Both the position numbers and the translations under genes were made by a program. From contig WJMJ01000142.1 of assembly GCA_014728035.1 (NCBI GenBank), positions 1 to 37,042 of the forward strand: a stretch of DNA of 37,042 nt, read 5' to 3'. This DNA is from Promethearchaeota archaeon (GTDB lineage: Archaea; Asgardarchaeota; Thorarchaeia; Thorarchaeales; Thorarchaeaceae). Below are positions 1 through 8,322 of the stretch, one piece after another (position 1 is the stretch's first letter; every line of letters begins with the position of its first letter). The notes below the pieces were generated by a model. The model was not told the origin of the DNA, did not search any database, and saw only the letters and a program-made list of their open reading frames with translations.

Positions 1-2
1 AG

Positions 3-332
3 AGAACTATTGAAGGTGAATGTGAAGTTGTCTACGACCTCACTCCCCTCTATTTCACTGCTCATGGATATCAACTTGTCATCAACCTCGTAGAGAGTGG
101 CCTACTTCAAAGGCAACAGGGTTTAAGAATATCTGCAGATCGATTTCACCAGATGGATGAGCAACTGGCTCAGAACGATATAGAAATAGAGGTGTCCCAG
201 TCAATACAGCCATTGCATACCGTGATATCAGAGGCACTAATGTATTATATGTTAGATTGGAACAGAGAGATAACCCTCAACAAGTATTGTGTGAATCCAT
301 TCTTTGAAAGATATTTCACATGCTTGTTCTGA
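3..332 (+). CDS. 3' end of a hypothetical protein (runs off the window edge)
   Basis: Open frame read by hand from 3 to TGA at 330-332 (RTIEGECEVVYDLTPLYFTAHGYQ...YFTCLF, about 109 aa); no family recognised. Confidence 0.4.
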   Translation, partial: RTIEGECEVVYDLTPLYFTAHGYQLVINLVESGLLQRQQGLRISADRFHQMDEQLAQNDIEIEVSQSIQPLHTVISEALMYYMLDWNREITLNKYCVNPFFERYFTCLF

Positions 333-437
333 CCTACTATCATTAATCTATGCAAGAGTCAGAATATCTATAGATCTATCCCCAGACGAGGATTCCCACC
401 ATTACCAGTTATTGCGATTTTTGGCTTTATGCTAATC

Positions 438-1417
438 CTAACCACGAATATAATTCACGGTTGGTTTGTTGGAATTTATTCCACGACTGGCTCTTCTACT
501 GGAATTCAATCCGTCTCTCACAAGAAGCACACCGATTACGGATACAAAGCTAACCAACACGAGGGTTATAGGAAAGCCCACCGTTGAAATCAACCATCCG
601 AAGAGTGCTATCTGCGGTATTGCAATGATTGTCGCAATGGTGCACAGAACAGTGCCTGACTAAGTATCTCAGCGATTCCACCAAATAATCCTGTGAATAC
701 GAAGGTCATTGTCATGAACAAAATTGGTAGAACATTTGATGCAGGTAACTCAAGAAATACAATCTGAGTGAATGGAATTATGATTTGAAGCATAATACCA
801 GTATTTGCTGGTGGTAGCACCAACATGATAATTGCAAAGGCCATATAGAATATGAATCCTCCAGACTGAAGTGCTCTGAAGCGTGGAATCCACTTCTCTG
901 GTTCAAAACGTTTTGCCCAGACTCCAGAACGTTCTGCAGTGGCTACACCCGGCAAGAATAGAACAGTTCGAAAGCTTGATACAGCAACATCGGTAAGGAG
1001 ATAGCTAAAATACATGGGGAACAGAATTAGTTGACCCCAGACCATTGTAGCGGACATCAGCACACAACCACCTATAACCAAGTGCTTGACAAATTTACTG
1101 CTGAACAGAAACTTCACACCCGAACCGAGTAGTTCAGTATATTCACTCAAAGTTGGACGTTTTGTTCGCATTGCTTCAACTTCTGGGAAGTCTTTAACAA
1201 CAATCATTACCTTTTCACCATCAGGCATATGAACTAGACCTTTAACACAATCGTCTGTGGTCAGTTGTAATTCTATATCATTCCCTTTGCAGACTTGAGA
1301 GATTGCATCTCGAACATTGTCATCAATTTGATTAAGAACACTGATGGGTATGAAAATTCTTACAGCGCCCGAGTTGATGAGTCTATCCACTTGATTTAGT
1401 AAAACATGTGAACTCAT
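438..1417 (-). pseudogene. Chimeric/frameshifted MFS-type transporter remnant
   Basis: Strong SD GGAGGTGA before ATG 1417. About 70 soluble residues are followed by a multi-TM C-terminal transporter half. After AEILSQ the TM-like sequence continues in another frame (TIATIIAIPQIALFGWLISTVGFPITLVLVSFVSVIGVLLV, about 641 to TAG 438). Confidence 0.55.
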
Positions 1418-1579
1418 TTACTCACCTCCATCGAATCATGGATAAGTTAAGCATTGTCAAAAATTCATGTCTAATAGGCGTTTAGAAATACAGATGAGAA
1501 GTAGGACTCAAAGACACTGTCGAATGTACTAATGAATATAGTCGGATAAAAAAAGAATAGCCAATGAAAGCAAACACCT

Positions 1580-1861
1580 TCACTGGGATTCAAGTTCTTT
1601 CATTCGTTTCTCTATGCGTTCAAGTTCTTCACTCATAGACTCAAGCTGAGTTTGAAGGAGGTCTCGTTGCCGTTTGAGACCATCTATACTTTCTGCTTGA
1701 ATAGGAGTACCATCTTGGTTCCAATATCCCATAGTCCAACAAGCACCGCGTCCATAGATCCAACCAGGTCGTTCCCAAGGAGGTAGGTGACTGAAAGGTC
1801 CATTTCCAGGATATCTTCCACGACCATATCCTCCGCCTCTTCCGCGTCTTCCATATCTCAT
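1580..1861 (-). CDS. DUF5320-family protein (Gly/Arg-rich N-terminus, C-terminal coiled coil)
   Basis: GRGGGYGRGRYPGNGPFSHLPPWERPGW motif, C-terminal heptads LKRQRDLLQTQLESMSEELERIEKRMKELE; near a DUF134 gene. Confidence 0.75.
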   Translation of the reverse strand: MRYGRRGRGGGYGRGRYPGNGPFSHLPPWERPGWIYGRGACWTMGYWNQDGTPIQAESIDGLKRQRDLLQTQLESMSEELERIEKRMKELESQ

Positions 1862-1878
1862 TTTATCATCTCGTTATT

Positions 1879-1914
1879 GTGCATATGCACGCTATTTATA
1901 ATGTGCATATGAAC
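1879..1914. promoter_or_regulatory. Twin palindromic operator flanking a TATA box
   Basis: GTGCATATGCAC (1879-1890, perfect palindrome) and GTGCATATGAAC (1903-1914, 1 mismatch), 24 bp apart, with TTATAAAT (minus strand, 1895-1902) between them. Confidence 0.7.
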
Positions 1915-1958
1915 ACATATAAGATTACTGAAAGAGGTCAATAGTGTCACTATAGGCA

Positions 1959-2813
1959 TCATGTATGCTTGATGAATGTCCCTTCTCTATATTCTCGAAA
2001 GGCAGTCTGCAATTCTTTCTCTGTATTCATGACAATAGGACCTTGCCAAGCAATTGGTTCTCCTAAAGGCATAGCAGAAACCAAGACAAACCGCAAGGAT
2101 GAATCTTCTGCGCGAATGGTGACATATGAACCGGATTTGTAAAGAACCAATGATTGAGATTCAATAGGCATATCGTTGTCAGATGAAAAAGTTCCTGAGC
2201 CTTCCATGATATACGCAAACACTTTGTGTAAAGGATTCGTAGAATGAGTTATTTCACAACCTTCGGGAAGGAATATGTCAAGGTATTCAGGCTCGGTCTT
2301 GATCCCACGTATTGGACCTCTAACACCATTTACACTACCAGCAATAATCTTGATCCTAGCTCCTTCAGAAGTTGTGACCTCGGGAAATTCTGATGCCTTG
2401 TATCCACGATATTTTGGAGGGGTCATCTTTTCTTTTGCAGGAAGGTTCAACCACAACTGCAAACCCCGAACAGTTCCTGTGTCAGATTCAGGCATTTCTT
2501 CATGTATTATTCCGCTACCAGCAGTCATCCATTGAATTGCACCTGGTTCGATGACACCTTTTCCTCCAGTACTGTCACGATGTCTAGCTTTTCCCTCAAA
2601 CATGTAGGTAATCGTTTCAATACCTCGATGGGGGTGCCAAGGAAATCCCTTCTCAAATTCAGAAGGTTTTTCCGAACCAAATTCATCCAGTAGAAGAAAT
2701 GGGTCCATCAGTTTTGTATCTGCAAACCCAAATACTCTTGCTATTTTAACTCCGGCGCCTTCAAGAGCTGTTCGGGGTTTCTTAATTGATTGAATCGACC
2801 TCTCTTCTCGCAT
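1959..2813 (-). CDS. Pirin family (bicupin) protein
   Basis: DPFLLLDEF, GFPWHPHRGIETITY, QWMTAGSGIIHEE, LQLWLNLP and GPIVMNT motifs; likely start ATG 2813 rather than 2930. Confidence 0.93.
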   Translation of the reverse strand: MREERSIQSIKKPRTALEGAGVKIARVFGFADTKLMDPFLLLDEFGSEKPSEFEKGFPWHPHRGIETITYMFEGKARHRDSTGGKGVIEPGAIQWMTAGSGIIHEEMPESDTGTVRGLQLWLNLPAKEKMTPPKYRGYKASEFPEVTTSEGARIKIIAGSVNGVRGPIRGIKTEPEYLDIFLPEGCEITHSTNPLHKVFAYIMEGSGTFSSDNDMPIESQSLVLYKSGSYVTIRAEDSSLRFVLVSAMPLGEPIAWQGPIVMNTEKELQTAFREYREGTFIKHT

Positions 2814-2825
2814 CAACACACCAAG

Positions 2826-2839
2826 TAAACTATTGTTAA
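2826..2839. promoter_or_regulatory. TWAAC-N4-GTTWA palindrome upstream of pirin
   Basis: TAAACTATTGTTAA, between TATA-like TTTATCAA (minus, 2851-2844) and the pirin ATG. Confidence 0.45.
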
Positions 2840-2943
2840 ATTGTTGATAAAGAATAGGATATAGCATTTTTTCAACTCGAATAGCCAATTTTGAATGCTT
2901 GAACAAATATAAAACAACCAAGTCCCACATTTAGACGAGAAAA

Positions 2944-3243
2944 ATGAGACGACGACGACGAGGGCGCAGAGGCAGACTACCGATCCAACCAAAAATTCGT
3001 GAAGAACCTGAAACAAAGAAGCTGGTACCAGAACCAATACAAGATGAAACTGTAATCCTTCTTGAAGCTGCAGAATTCGAGGCTATGAGGTTGGTCGATT
3101 TTGAAGGGATGTATCAAGAAGAAGCTGGAGGCCAAATGGGTGTTTCAAGGGGGACAATTTGGCGTCTGCTTCAGAGTGGTAGAATAAAGGTCATTAAATC
3201 AATACTAGAAGGAAGACCGTTATTACTCAAAAGTGACGAATAG
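2944..3243 (+). CDS. DUF134 (UPF0251) HTH DNA-binding protein
   Basis: EFEAMRLVDFEGMYQEEAGGQMGVSRGTIWRLLQSGRIKV...LEG matches the DUF134 signature. Confidence 0.9.
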   Translation: MRRRRRGRRGRLPIQPKIREEPETKKLVPEPIQDETVILLEAAEFEAMRLVDFEGMYQEEAGGQMGVSRGTIWRLLQSGRIKVIKSILEGRPLLLKSDE

Positions 3244-3296
3244 AAGTTGCAATTTGATTAAATCAATATTTGCGAGGACTTATTAGTAAGGGTAAC

Positions 3297-3326
3297 TACA
3301 CTATAGTTGATTTACTCGATAGTTTA
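3297..3326. promoter_or_regulatory. Tandem degenerate TWAAC-N4-GTTWA sites upstream of the DPS-like gene
   Basis: TACACTATAGTTGA (3297-3310) and TACTCGATAGTTTA (3313-3326), downstream of TTATTAGT (3280-3287). Confidence 0.35.
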
Positions 3327-3379
3327 CTTTTATTTTGTTAACAAAGGAGTATCTGGAAAAGTGAATCACTTAGGAAAGA

Positions 3380-3883
3380 ATGAATATGGGAAAACGAGGA
3401 AGAGAAATCGTTAAACTTGATCTAGAAGGACTACTTGAACAACTCAACAAAGCATTTGCTGACGAATGGCTAGCTTACTATCAATATTGGATTGGAGCTA
3501 AAGTTGCGGTCGGACCTATGCGTGGAGCAGTTGTTGCAGAATTAATGGAACATGCTCTTGATGAACTTAGACATGCTGATATGTTGATTGAAAGGATCAT
3601 TCAACTGGGTGGAACACCTATTCTCAAACCAGAGGATTGGTATGAACACACCAATTGTGGATATGCTGAACCTAGCAAACCATCTGTCAAAGAATTGCTA
3701 AATCAGAACATAGAAGCAGAACAATGCGCTATTGATGTTTACACGAAGATACTGGAACTTACCAAGGACAAAGATCCAATAACATACAACCTAGCATTAG
3801 AAATTCTTGCTGATGAGGTTGAACATGAGGAGGATCTGCAAGCTTTGGTCGAAGACATGATGATTGCTAAAGATCTATTTTAA
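3380..3883 (+). CDS. DPS-like (DPSL/thioferritin) ferritin-superfamily protein
   Basis: ADEWLAYYQYW, DELRHA, EAEQCAIDVY, DPIT and DEVEHEED diiron motifs; Cys pair (HTNCGY, EQCAI) typical of DPSL. Confidence 0.88.
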   Translation: MNMGKRGREIVKLDLEGLLEQLNKAFADEWLAYYQYWIGAKVAVGPMRGAVVAELMEHALDELRHADMLIERIIQLGGTPILKPEDWYEHTNCGYAEPSKPSVKELLNQNIEAEQCAIDVYTKILELTKDKDPITYNLALEILADEVEHEEDLQALVEDMMIAKDLF

Positions 3884-3897
3884 AATTAGCAATATAT

Positions 3898-3947
3898 TCA
3901 CGAGGCAAAGTTGTCTCGTGATTTCTTTTATTCTTTCTTGGTTTTTT
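3898..3947 (+). terminator. Hairpin plus U-tract terminator
   Basis: TCACGAGGCA-AAGT-TGTCTCGTGA (one G.U on +) then TTTCTTTTATTCTTTCTT. Confidence 0.75.
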
Positions 3948-3965
3948 ACACTGCTTTTCACAATC

Positions 3966-4424
3966 TTATTCGAACGGTGTTTCGGGCTCGTCTATTGAAA
4001 ATGCATAAAGGATAACCAGAATCACTATTAACATAGTGGGAAGTGGCCAGAACAGATTATAGGCTGGAGAACCTATTATACTAGCAGCACCAATACCAGT
4101 CAACACTATAGGACCAAATTCCAAAACAGAAGTTAGAATTAGAGTATAGTTTTTACTAATCAGTTCTTTAAAATAAGCAATAACGGTTACTAACAAAATA
4201 ATTCTCAGAATAAGGAAAGGAGTTCCAAGGATGATTTGACTTATGTCAAGGATTTGGAAACCTGAGAAATAGAAGGAGTGAATATATTCCCAAAACAAAG
4301 CACGAATGTGAAGATTACTGCTTCCCAACCCAATGCTTTGAATAATCACATATGGCGCTATGAGAATAGTAACCAGTAGTATCACAAGTATTTTTGTTAA
4401 TCTTGAAATCCCTTCGAACACCAA
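3966..4424 (-). CDS. Hypothetical membrane protein (about 4 TM)
   Basis: 152-aa hydrophobic ORF with acidic tail (DEPETPFE) and SD-like GGATGTG before TTG. Confidence 0.6.
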   Translation of the reverse strand: MVFEGISRLTKILVILLVTILIAPYVIIQSIGLGSSNLHIRALFWEYIHSFYFSGFQILDISQIILGTPFLILRIILLVTVIAYFKELISKNYTLILTSVLEFGPIVLTGIGAASIIGSPAYNLFWPLPTMLIVILVILYAFSIDEPETPFE

Positions 4425-4500
4425 AATTACACATCCTTAATGAATAGTCCTACTTTCAAAGATTAAGGATTCTGATGTAAGCAAAGATGGACTTGACTCT

Positions 4501-4533
4501 AAAAAGAAAACAGAGTCAGAGTTAATCCGACTC
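4501..4533 (-). terminator. Hairpin plus U-tract terminator of the Cys-rich microprotein
   Basis: Minus strand GAGTCGGA-TTAAC-TCTGACTC then TGTTTTCTTTTT; the G.U wobble works only on the minus strand. Confidence 0.7.
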
Positions 4534-4544
4534 AGTAATAGACA

Positions 4545-4709
4545 TTATTTCTTAAGTTTTAGAGAATCTCCACAGCAGCTAAATGAACAACCGCATGAGT
4601 CCTCGTCATTACAGCACTCAGTGCACTCAGATACAATCTTTATCTCCAAGCCACAATCACTACAATGGTATATCTGTCCTTTTTTCATATCATGACAATG
4701 TAATCCCAT
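4545..4709 (-). CDS. 54-aa Cys-rich metal-binding microprotein (desulforedoxin/metallothionein-like); absent from the ORF track
   Basis: Hand translation MGLHCHDMKKGQIYHCSDCGLEIKIVSECTECCNDEDSCGCSFSCCGDSLKLKK; 10 Cys and 3 His; SD GGATGTGTGA; own terminator. Confidence 0.85.
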   Translation of the reverse strand: MGLHCHDMKKGQIYHCSDCGLEIKIVSECTECCNDEDSCGCSFSCCGDSLKLKK

Positions 4710-4769
4710 AATCACACATCCATTGGCAAATGTTAGGATTTGGAGTATATTAATTCTATTTTAGCTACG

Positions 4770-4801
4770 AAAAAAGAGATAATGGAGCTCAGAGGAGCTC
4801 C
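4770..4801 (-). terminator. Hairpin plus U-tract terminator
   Basis: Minus strand GGAGCTC-CTCT-GAGCTCC then ATTATCTCTTTTTT, just after the stop at 4812. Confidence 0.65.
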
Positions 4802-4811
4802 TTAGTATTTT

Positions 4812-5275
4812 CTATTTACGTTTCTTTACAGCAATCAATATGACTATGACAAGTACGCCACCAATAATGAGATACCAAATATCTATTCCAGCCACATTGT
4901 CAGGTAATCCAAGAACATCAGGCAATGGAAGATTCGGAAGAAGTCCTCCATATGGAATGGTTGTCTTTGTAGTATCCATAGAAGAGGGAACCTCAATAGT
5001 GATGTTCTCTACATTGCTCCAAGTACTATATGCTTGATAGATATTAAAAGACCGAACTCTGAAATGGTATGTACCATTTGTCAGGGGTTCTTCCAGTGTC
5101 AAGGATGAAGTGTTCCAAGTATCCAACGTATTCAAGATAAGAAAGTAGCCAATAAATATAGAGAAGACACACGTAGCTCTAGAGCTTTCTTTATGACTAG
5201 TGTATTATTAATAATGAACGGTAAACACCATAGAATGCTGATTCCAATTAGAATGACAAGTTCTAGAGTCTGCAT
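4812..5275 (-). pseudogene. Remnant of a fibronectin-III-containing membrane-anchored surface protein
   Basis: 4812-5135 holds only the last FN3 strands (LTNGTYHFRVRSFNIYQAYSTWS) plus TM and KKRK tail. An out-of-frame 47-aa hydrophobic ORF (5275-5132, MQTLELVILIGISILWCLP) with SD lies upstream. Confidence 0.55.
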
Positions 5276-5329
5276 ATACAATCACACTTCTTCATAATCA
5301 TCAAATTTGCTTGGAAGTACTATTCTTTG

Positions 5330-5572
5330 TTAGAATGGATATCGATCGTCATGCCAGGAAGGAGCACGTGGTTTACACACACCTAGTAGAAGCCCAATAG
5401 CGCCCAGAACTCCAACAACAAGAATAAGCATAGCTATACTTCCAAAGAATGGTATAAATATTTCTGAGAATCCGTCCGTCGAATTAATGAAGAAAAAAGC
5501 TATTACAGCAATTCCCAAAAAACAGAAAGCACTGCAGCATCGTGAAATTCTAGAGGATTTCATCTTCGGCAT
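5330..5572 (-). CDS. Small 2-TM membrane protein (likely paralog of 6203-6454)
   Basis: Basic N-terminus MPKMKSSRISRCC, two TM segments, SD GATGAT. Confidence 0.65.
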   Translation of the reverse strand: MPKMKSSRISRCCSAFCFLGIAVIAFFFINSTDGFSEIFIPFFGSIAMLILVVGVLGAIGLLLGVCKPRAPSWHDDRYPF

Positions 5573-5765
5573 GGTATATCATCATTCTGCTGCTCAAAGT
5601 TTCATGTTGATATGCCTACTGAATATGTTTCATATGTTTCAAAAAAGTAGGTAAAAATTGAGCAATCAACCATTTACAATCAATGAATCTCATGCGATTT
5701 ATTCTAACCAACTTGTTCCAATTGCAAAAGTGAACACCCCATCACAGCTGGGATAGGTAATCAGT

Positions 5766-6185
5766 ATGATGAAGTATTTCGAAAAAATGGGACATGCAGA
5801 AAAACGAAATTATACAATAATTATAGTCGGAGCAATAATTCTTGGATTCTTCGAGTTCTTTGTGTTTCCAAATCCCCCTCCATTTTGGTGGAGTGTTGTA
5901 CTCCTTGCTAGTGCACTTTTACTAATGCTATTACTATGGCGAACAATCAAAATGAGCGATAAAAAGAAGAAGCCTAAGAAAAAATCCCATAAGTCAAGAA
6001 GAAAGAAAACAGATAAGACAAAGTTATACCTGAATATCGCCCGTGTGGTCTTTCTCGTTTCAGCAGCGTTTCTCATTTATGAAGGGCTTCTTGGTATTGG
6101 TGGTCTGTTCACTTTCTACGGAGGTATCGCATGTATTGGGATTACTGCGATTATCTCAGTTATTCTCTACATGAAATATGATTGA
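5766..6185 (+). CDS. Hypothetical 4-TM membrane protein with Lys-rich loop
   Basis: Two TM pairs separated by KKKKPKKKSHKSRRKK. Confidence 0.65.
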   Translation: MMKYFEKMGHAEKRNYTIIIVGAIILGFFEFFVFPNPPPFWWSVVLLASALLLMLLLWRTIKMSDKKKKPKKKSHKSRRKKTDKTKLYLNIARVVFLVSAAFLIYEGLLGIGGLFTFYGGIACIGITAIISVILYMKYD

Positions 6186-6202
6186 CATAGAGATGATGAA
6201 AC

Positions 6203-6454
6203 ATGCCGAAGAAACAAAAGATGTCCAGAAGTGTTAGGTGCGGCTATGGTTTGTGTCTGCTGATATTTGCAGCATTTGCAGGATTTCTTGGATTGAATGC
6301 TCTGAGTCAAAGTGAATCAATGAGAATCCCAGAGATATTCGCATATGTTCCATTCATCTTTGCAGCGATTGCATTCTCCATGGCAATATGTGTATTAGCT
6401 GGAAAATATAATCCTTCTAAAAGTAGATACGGAATAGTACCTGTGTATAGATAG
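6203..6454 (+). CDS. Small 2-TM membrane protein (likely paralog of 5330-5572)
   Basis: MPKKQKMSRSVRCGYGLCLL, two TM segments, SD GAGATGATGA. Confidence 0.65.
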   Translation: MPKKQKMSRSVRCGYGLCLLIFAAFAGFLGLNALSQSESMRIPEIFAYVPFIFAAIAFSMAICVLAGKYNPSKSRYGIVPVYR

Positions 6455-6464
6455 TTTGGAAACA

Positions 6465-8072
6465 TCAATCACTAGCAGGAATAGAAATCAAAAATGATGT
6501 TCCTTCAGTAGATGACAGTAGCTCAATTGAGCCATTACAAGCTTGAAGTATTTGACGTGAAAGATAAAGTCCCATACCAGAACTGCCGCGTGTACTATAT
6601 TGCTTCTCAAAAATATTTGGTCTTATAGATTCTGGTATTCCAGGTCCATTATCGGAAAATCTAACTTGGATAGCAGATTTCACACGTTCCATTACAATAT
6701 CTACTTTAGCGTCAGAACCGACATGTTGTATCACATTTCTAAATAAATTTTCAAAGACCATTGCCAACATGGATCCACAGTGACCACATACTCCTTCATC
6801 ATCTAATACATTGAATGTGATTTTGAGATTTTCATGACTTCTCCGCACCTCATGAATTACTAATTGCAAAACTTCAACAAGACACCTACTTTGTGATTCG
6901 TTCTCGTATGAAAACACGTTTAGTACGCGACCCATTCTGAACATGATACTTTTGATAGCTTCTAGAGATTTCCCATCTCTTTCTCTTATTTCTTCTAAAT
7001 CCAATTGGAGATTCTCAATTGATAGAATAGCATGTTGTATGTCATTGGATAGATCGTGTTGAAGAAGATAAGTGTATAATTCCAATTCTCTTCTTGTTGC
7101 ATCACGTTCTTGTTCAATTCTTTTCCGTTGTGTTACATCAGATAAAACCAATTGGTGAACTAACTCCCCAGAATAAGATATGATATTGGTATGTATGGAT
7201 ATCCATTTAGTTTCTGAATCTGATAGCAATCGCACTTCACAGTGTTGATCTACGTTAGTAATTGTAGAGTCAATTGTATGTGTAACCATAGAACGGTCAT
7301 CTTGATGAAATAACCCGAGAAACTTGGAAAATTCTATTGGAAATTCAGTCCAATCAACATGCAACATCTTAATTGCAGTGGAGTTCGAATAAAAGATATC
7401 ATTATCTTGTAGAATGATAATACCAAGTAGAGATTGTTCAGCCAAAGCTCGATATTTCTTTTCTCTTATCTCTAATCGGTTTGCTTGATTCAAGATTTTT
7501 TGATAAGCCGCATATCTGATTCGTACACCAATGAACGCCAAAGTGCTACATGAGAATGAAACTCCAGAAGCTGCGAGAGCTGGAACCACTAATTCGAATG
7601 GTAGAATTTGCAAGAGTAATACCAGAGTAGCAAATTGGAAAACTAACAGTAGTAAAGTGAAGCGTGGGGATGTCGTTATGCTTGCTAATATTATTGCAAT
7701 TGTACCGAAAATAATTGCTAACACAATTCTATAGGCAGTAGGAGGCCAAGGAAAATACATCAGATAAAACAGGGGAAGTAGAAGTAGAGTCCCTGACAGA
7801 ATCAGTGATCCAAATTCAAAGAAACGGGTTCTTGATAATATATACGACAGAGAGAAAAGTGATAAGATAAACGGAACATCCCAAGCTTCTTGAACTGCAA
7901 GAGTAATATTTGCTAAAAACCTGATAGCGTAGATTGTCAATAGGAGAATAACAAGTGTAGAAAGAAGCCTTGCTTCATCTTTCTTAACCTCACTCAGTTT
8001 TTCACTTGGCTCAACAAGAGTATCCCATAATGATTTTCCCAAGTAACGAATTCTATGAAACCCGTTGCTCAT
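6465..8072 (-). CDS. Membrane-bound PAS sensor histidine kinase
   Basis: N-terminal TMs, PAS (KYRALAE...DVTQRK), H-box QHDLSN, N-box ENLFRNVIQH, DNGPGIP, GMGLY. Confidence 0.9.
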   Translation of the reverse strand: MSNGFHRIRYLGKSLWDTLVEPSEKLSEVKKDEARLLSTLVILLLTIYAIRFLANITLAVQEAWDVPFILSLFSLSYILSRTRFFEFGSLILSGTLLLLPLFYLMYFPWPPTAYRIVLAIIFGTIAIILASITTSPRFTLLLLVFQFATLVLLLQILPFELVVPALAASGVSFSCSTLAFIGVRIRYAAYQKILNQANRLEIREKKYRALAEQSLLGIIILQDNDIFYSNSTAIKMLHVDWTEFPIEFSKFLGLFHQDDRSMVTHTIDSTITNVDQHCEVRLLSDSETKWISIHTNIISYSGELVHQLVLSDVTQRKRIEQERDATRRELELYTYLLQHDLSNDIQHAILSIENLQLDLEEIRERDGKSLEAIKSIMFRMGRVLNVFSYENESQSRCLVEVLQLVIHEVRRSHENLKITFNVLDDEGVCGHCGSMLAMVFENLFRNVIQHVGSDAKVDIVMERVKSAIQVRFSDNGPGIPESIRPNIFEKQYSTRGSSGMGLYLSRQILQACNGSIELLSSTEGTSFLISIPASD

Positions 8073-8264
8073 CTAACAATCCACCTTCAAACTTGCAGTT
8101 GTAGGTCCCAAATACAACAAACGATTATGTCAAACATTACTTGTTCTTGAAGATGTAATATAGATGTATTGCGTGTAGTGATTTGATAAGGTTCCATTCT
8201 TCAAAATGAAAAATCAGAAGTCCGTCTAAAATATTTAATCGGTTTCTATGGAAATTGCATAGGC

Positions 8265-8303
8265 TTTATAAGGCGACTTATATACTAGAGGTTTAGTATA
8301 TAA
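8265..8303. promoter_or_regulatory. tbp promoter: TATA-like box plus an inverted pair of TATA-like boxes
   Basis: TTTATAAG (8265-8272) and perfect inverted repeat TTATATACTA-GAGGTT-TAGTATATAA (8278-8303). Confidence 0.55.
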
Positions 8304-8322
8304 AGGGAGAGAGGAACCCAAT

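Noticed and set aside
330-587. Frame stays open after TGA 330-332 (possible Sec readthrough)
   Set aside because: No redox motif or SECIS seen; much of the extension is antisense to the transporter remnant.
1941-1953. ATAGTG-T-CACTAT inverted repeat after pirin
   Set aside because: Short, AT-rich, no U-tract; chance cannot be excluded.
2814-2930. N-terminal extension of pirin in the ORF track
   Set aside because: Covers the divergent promoter; pirin similarity starts near ATG 2813.
5591-5664. Nested inverted repeats and tandem ATATGTTTC x2
   Set aside because: Stems are short with large asymmetric loops; plausible by chance in an AT-rich promoter.
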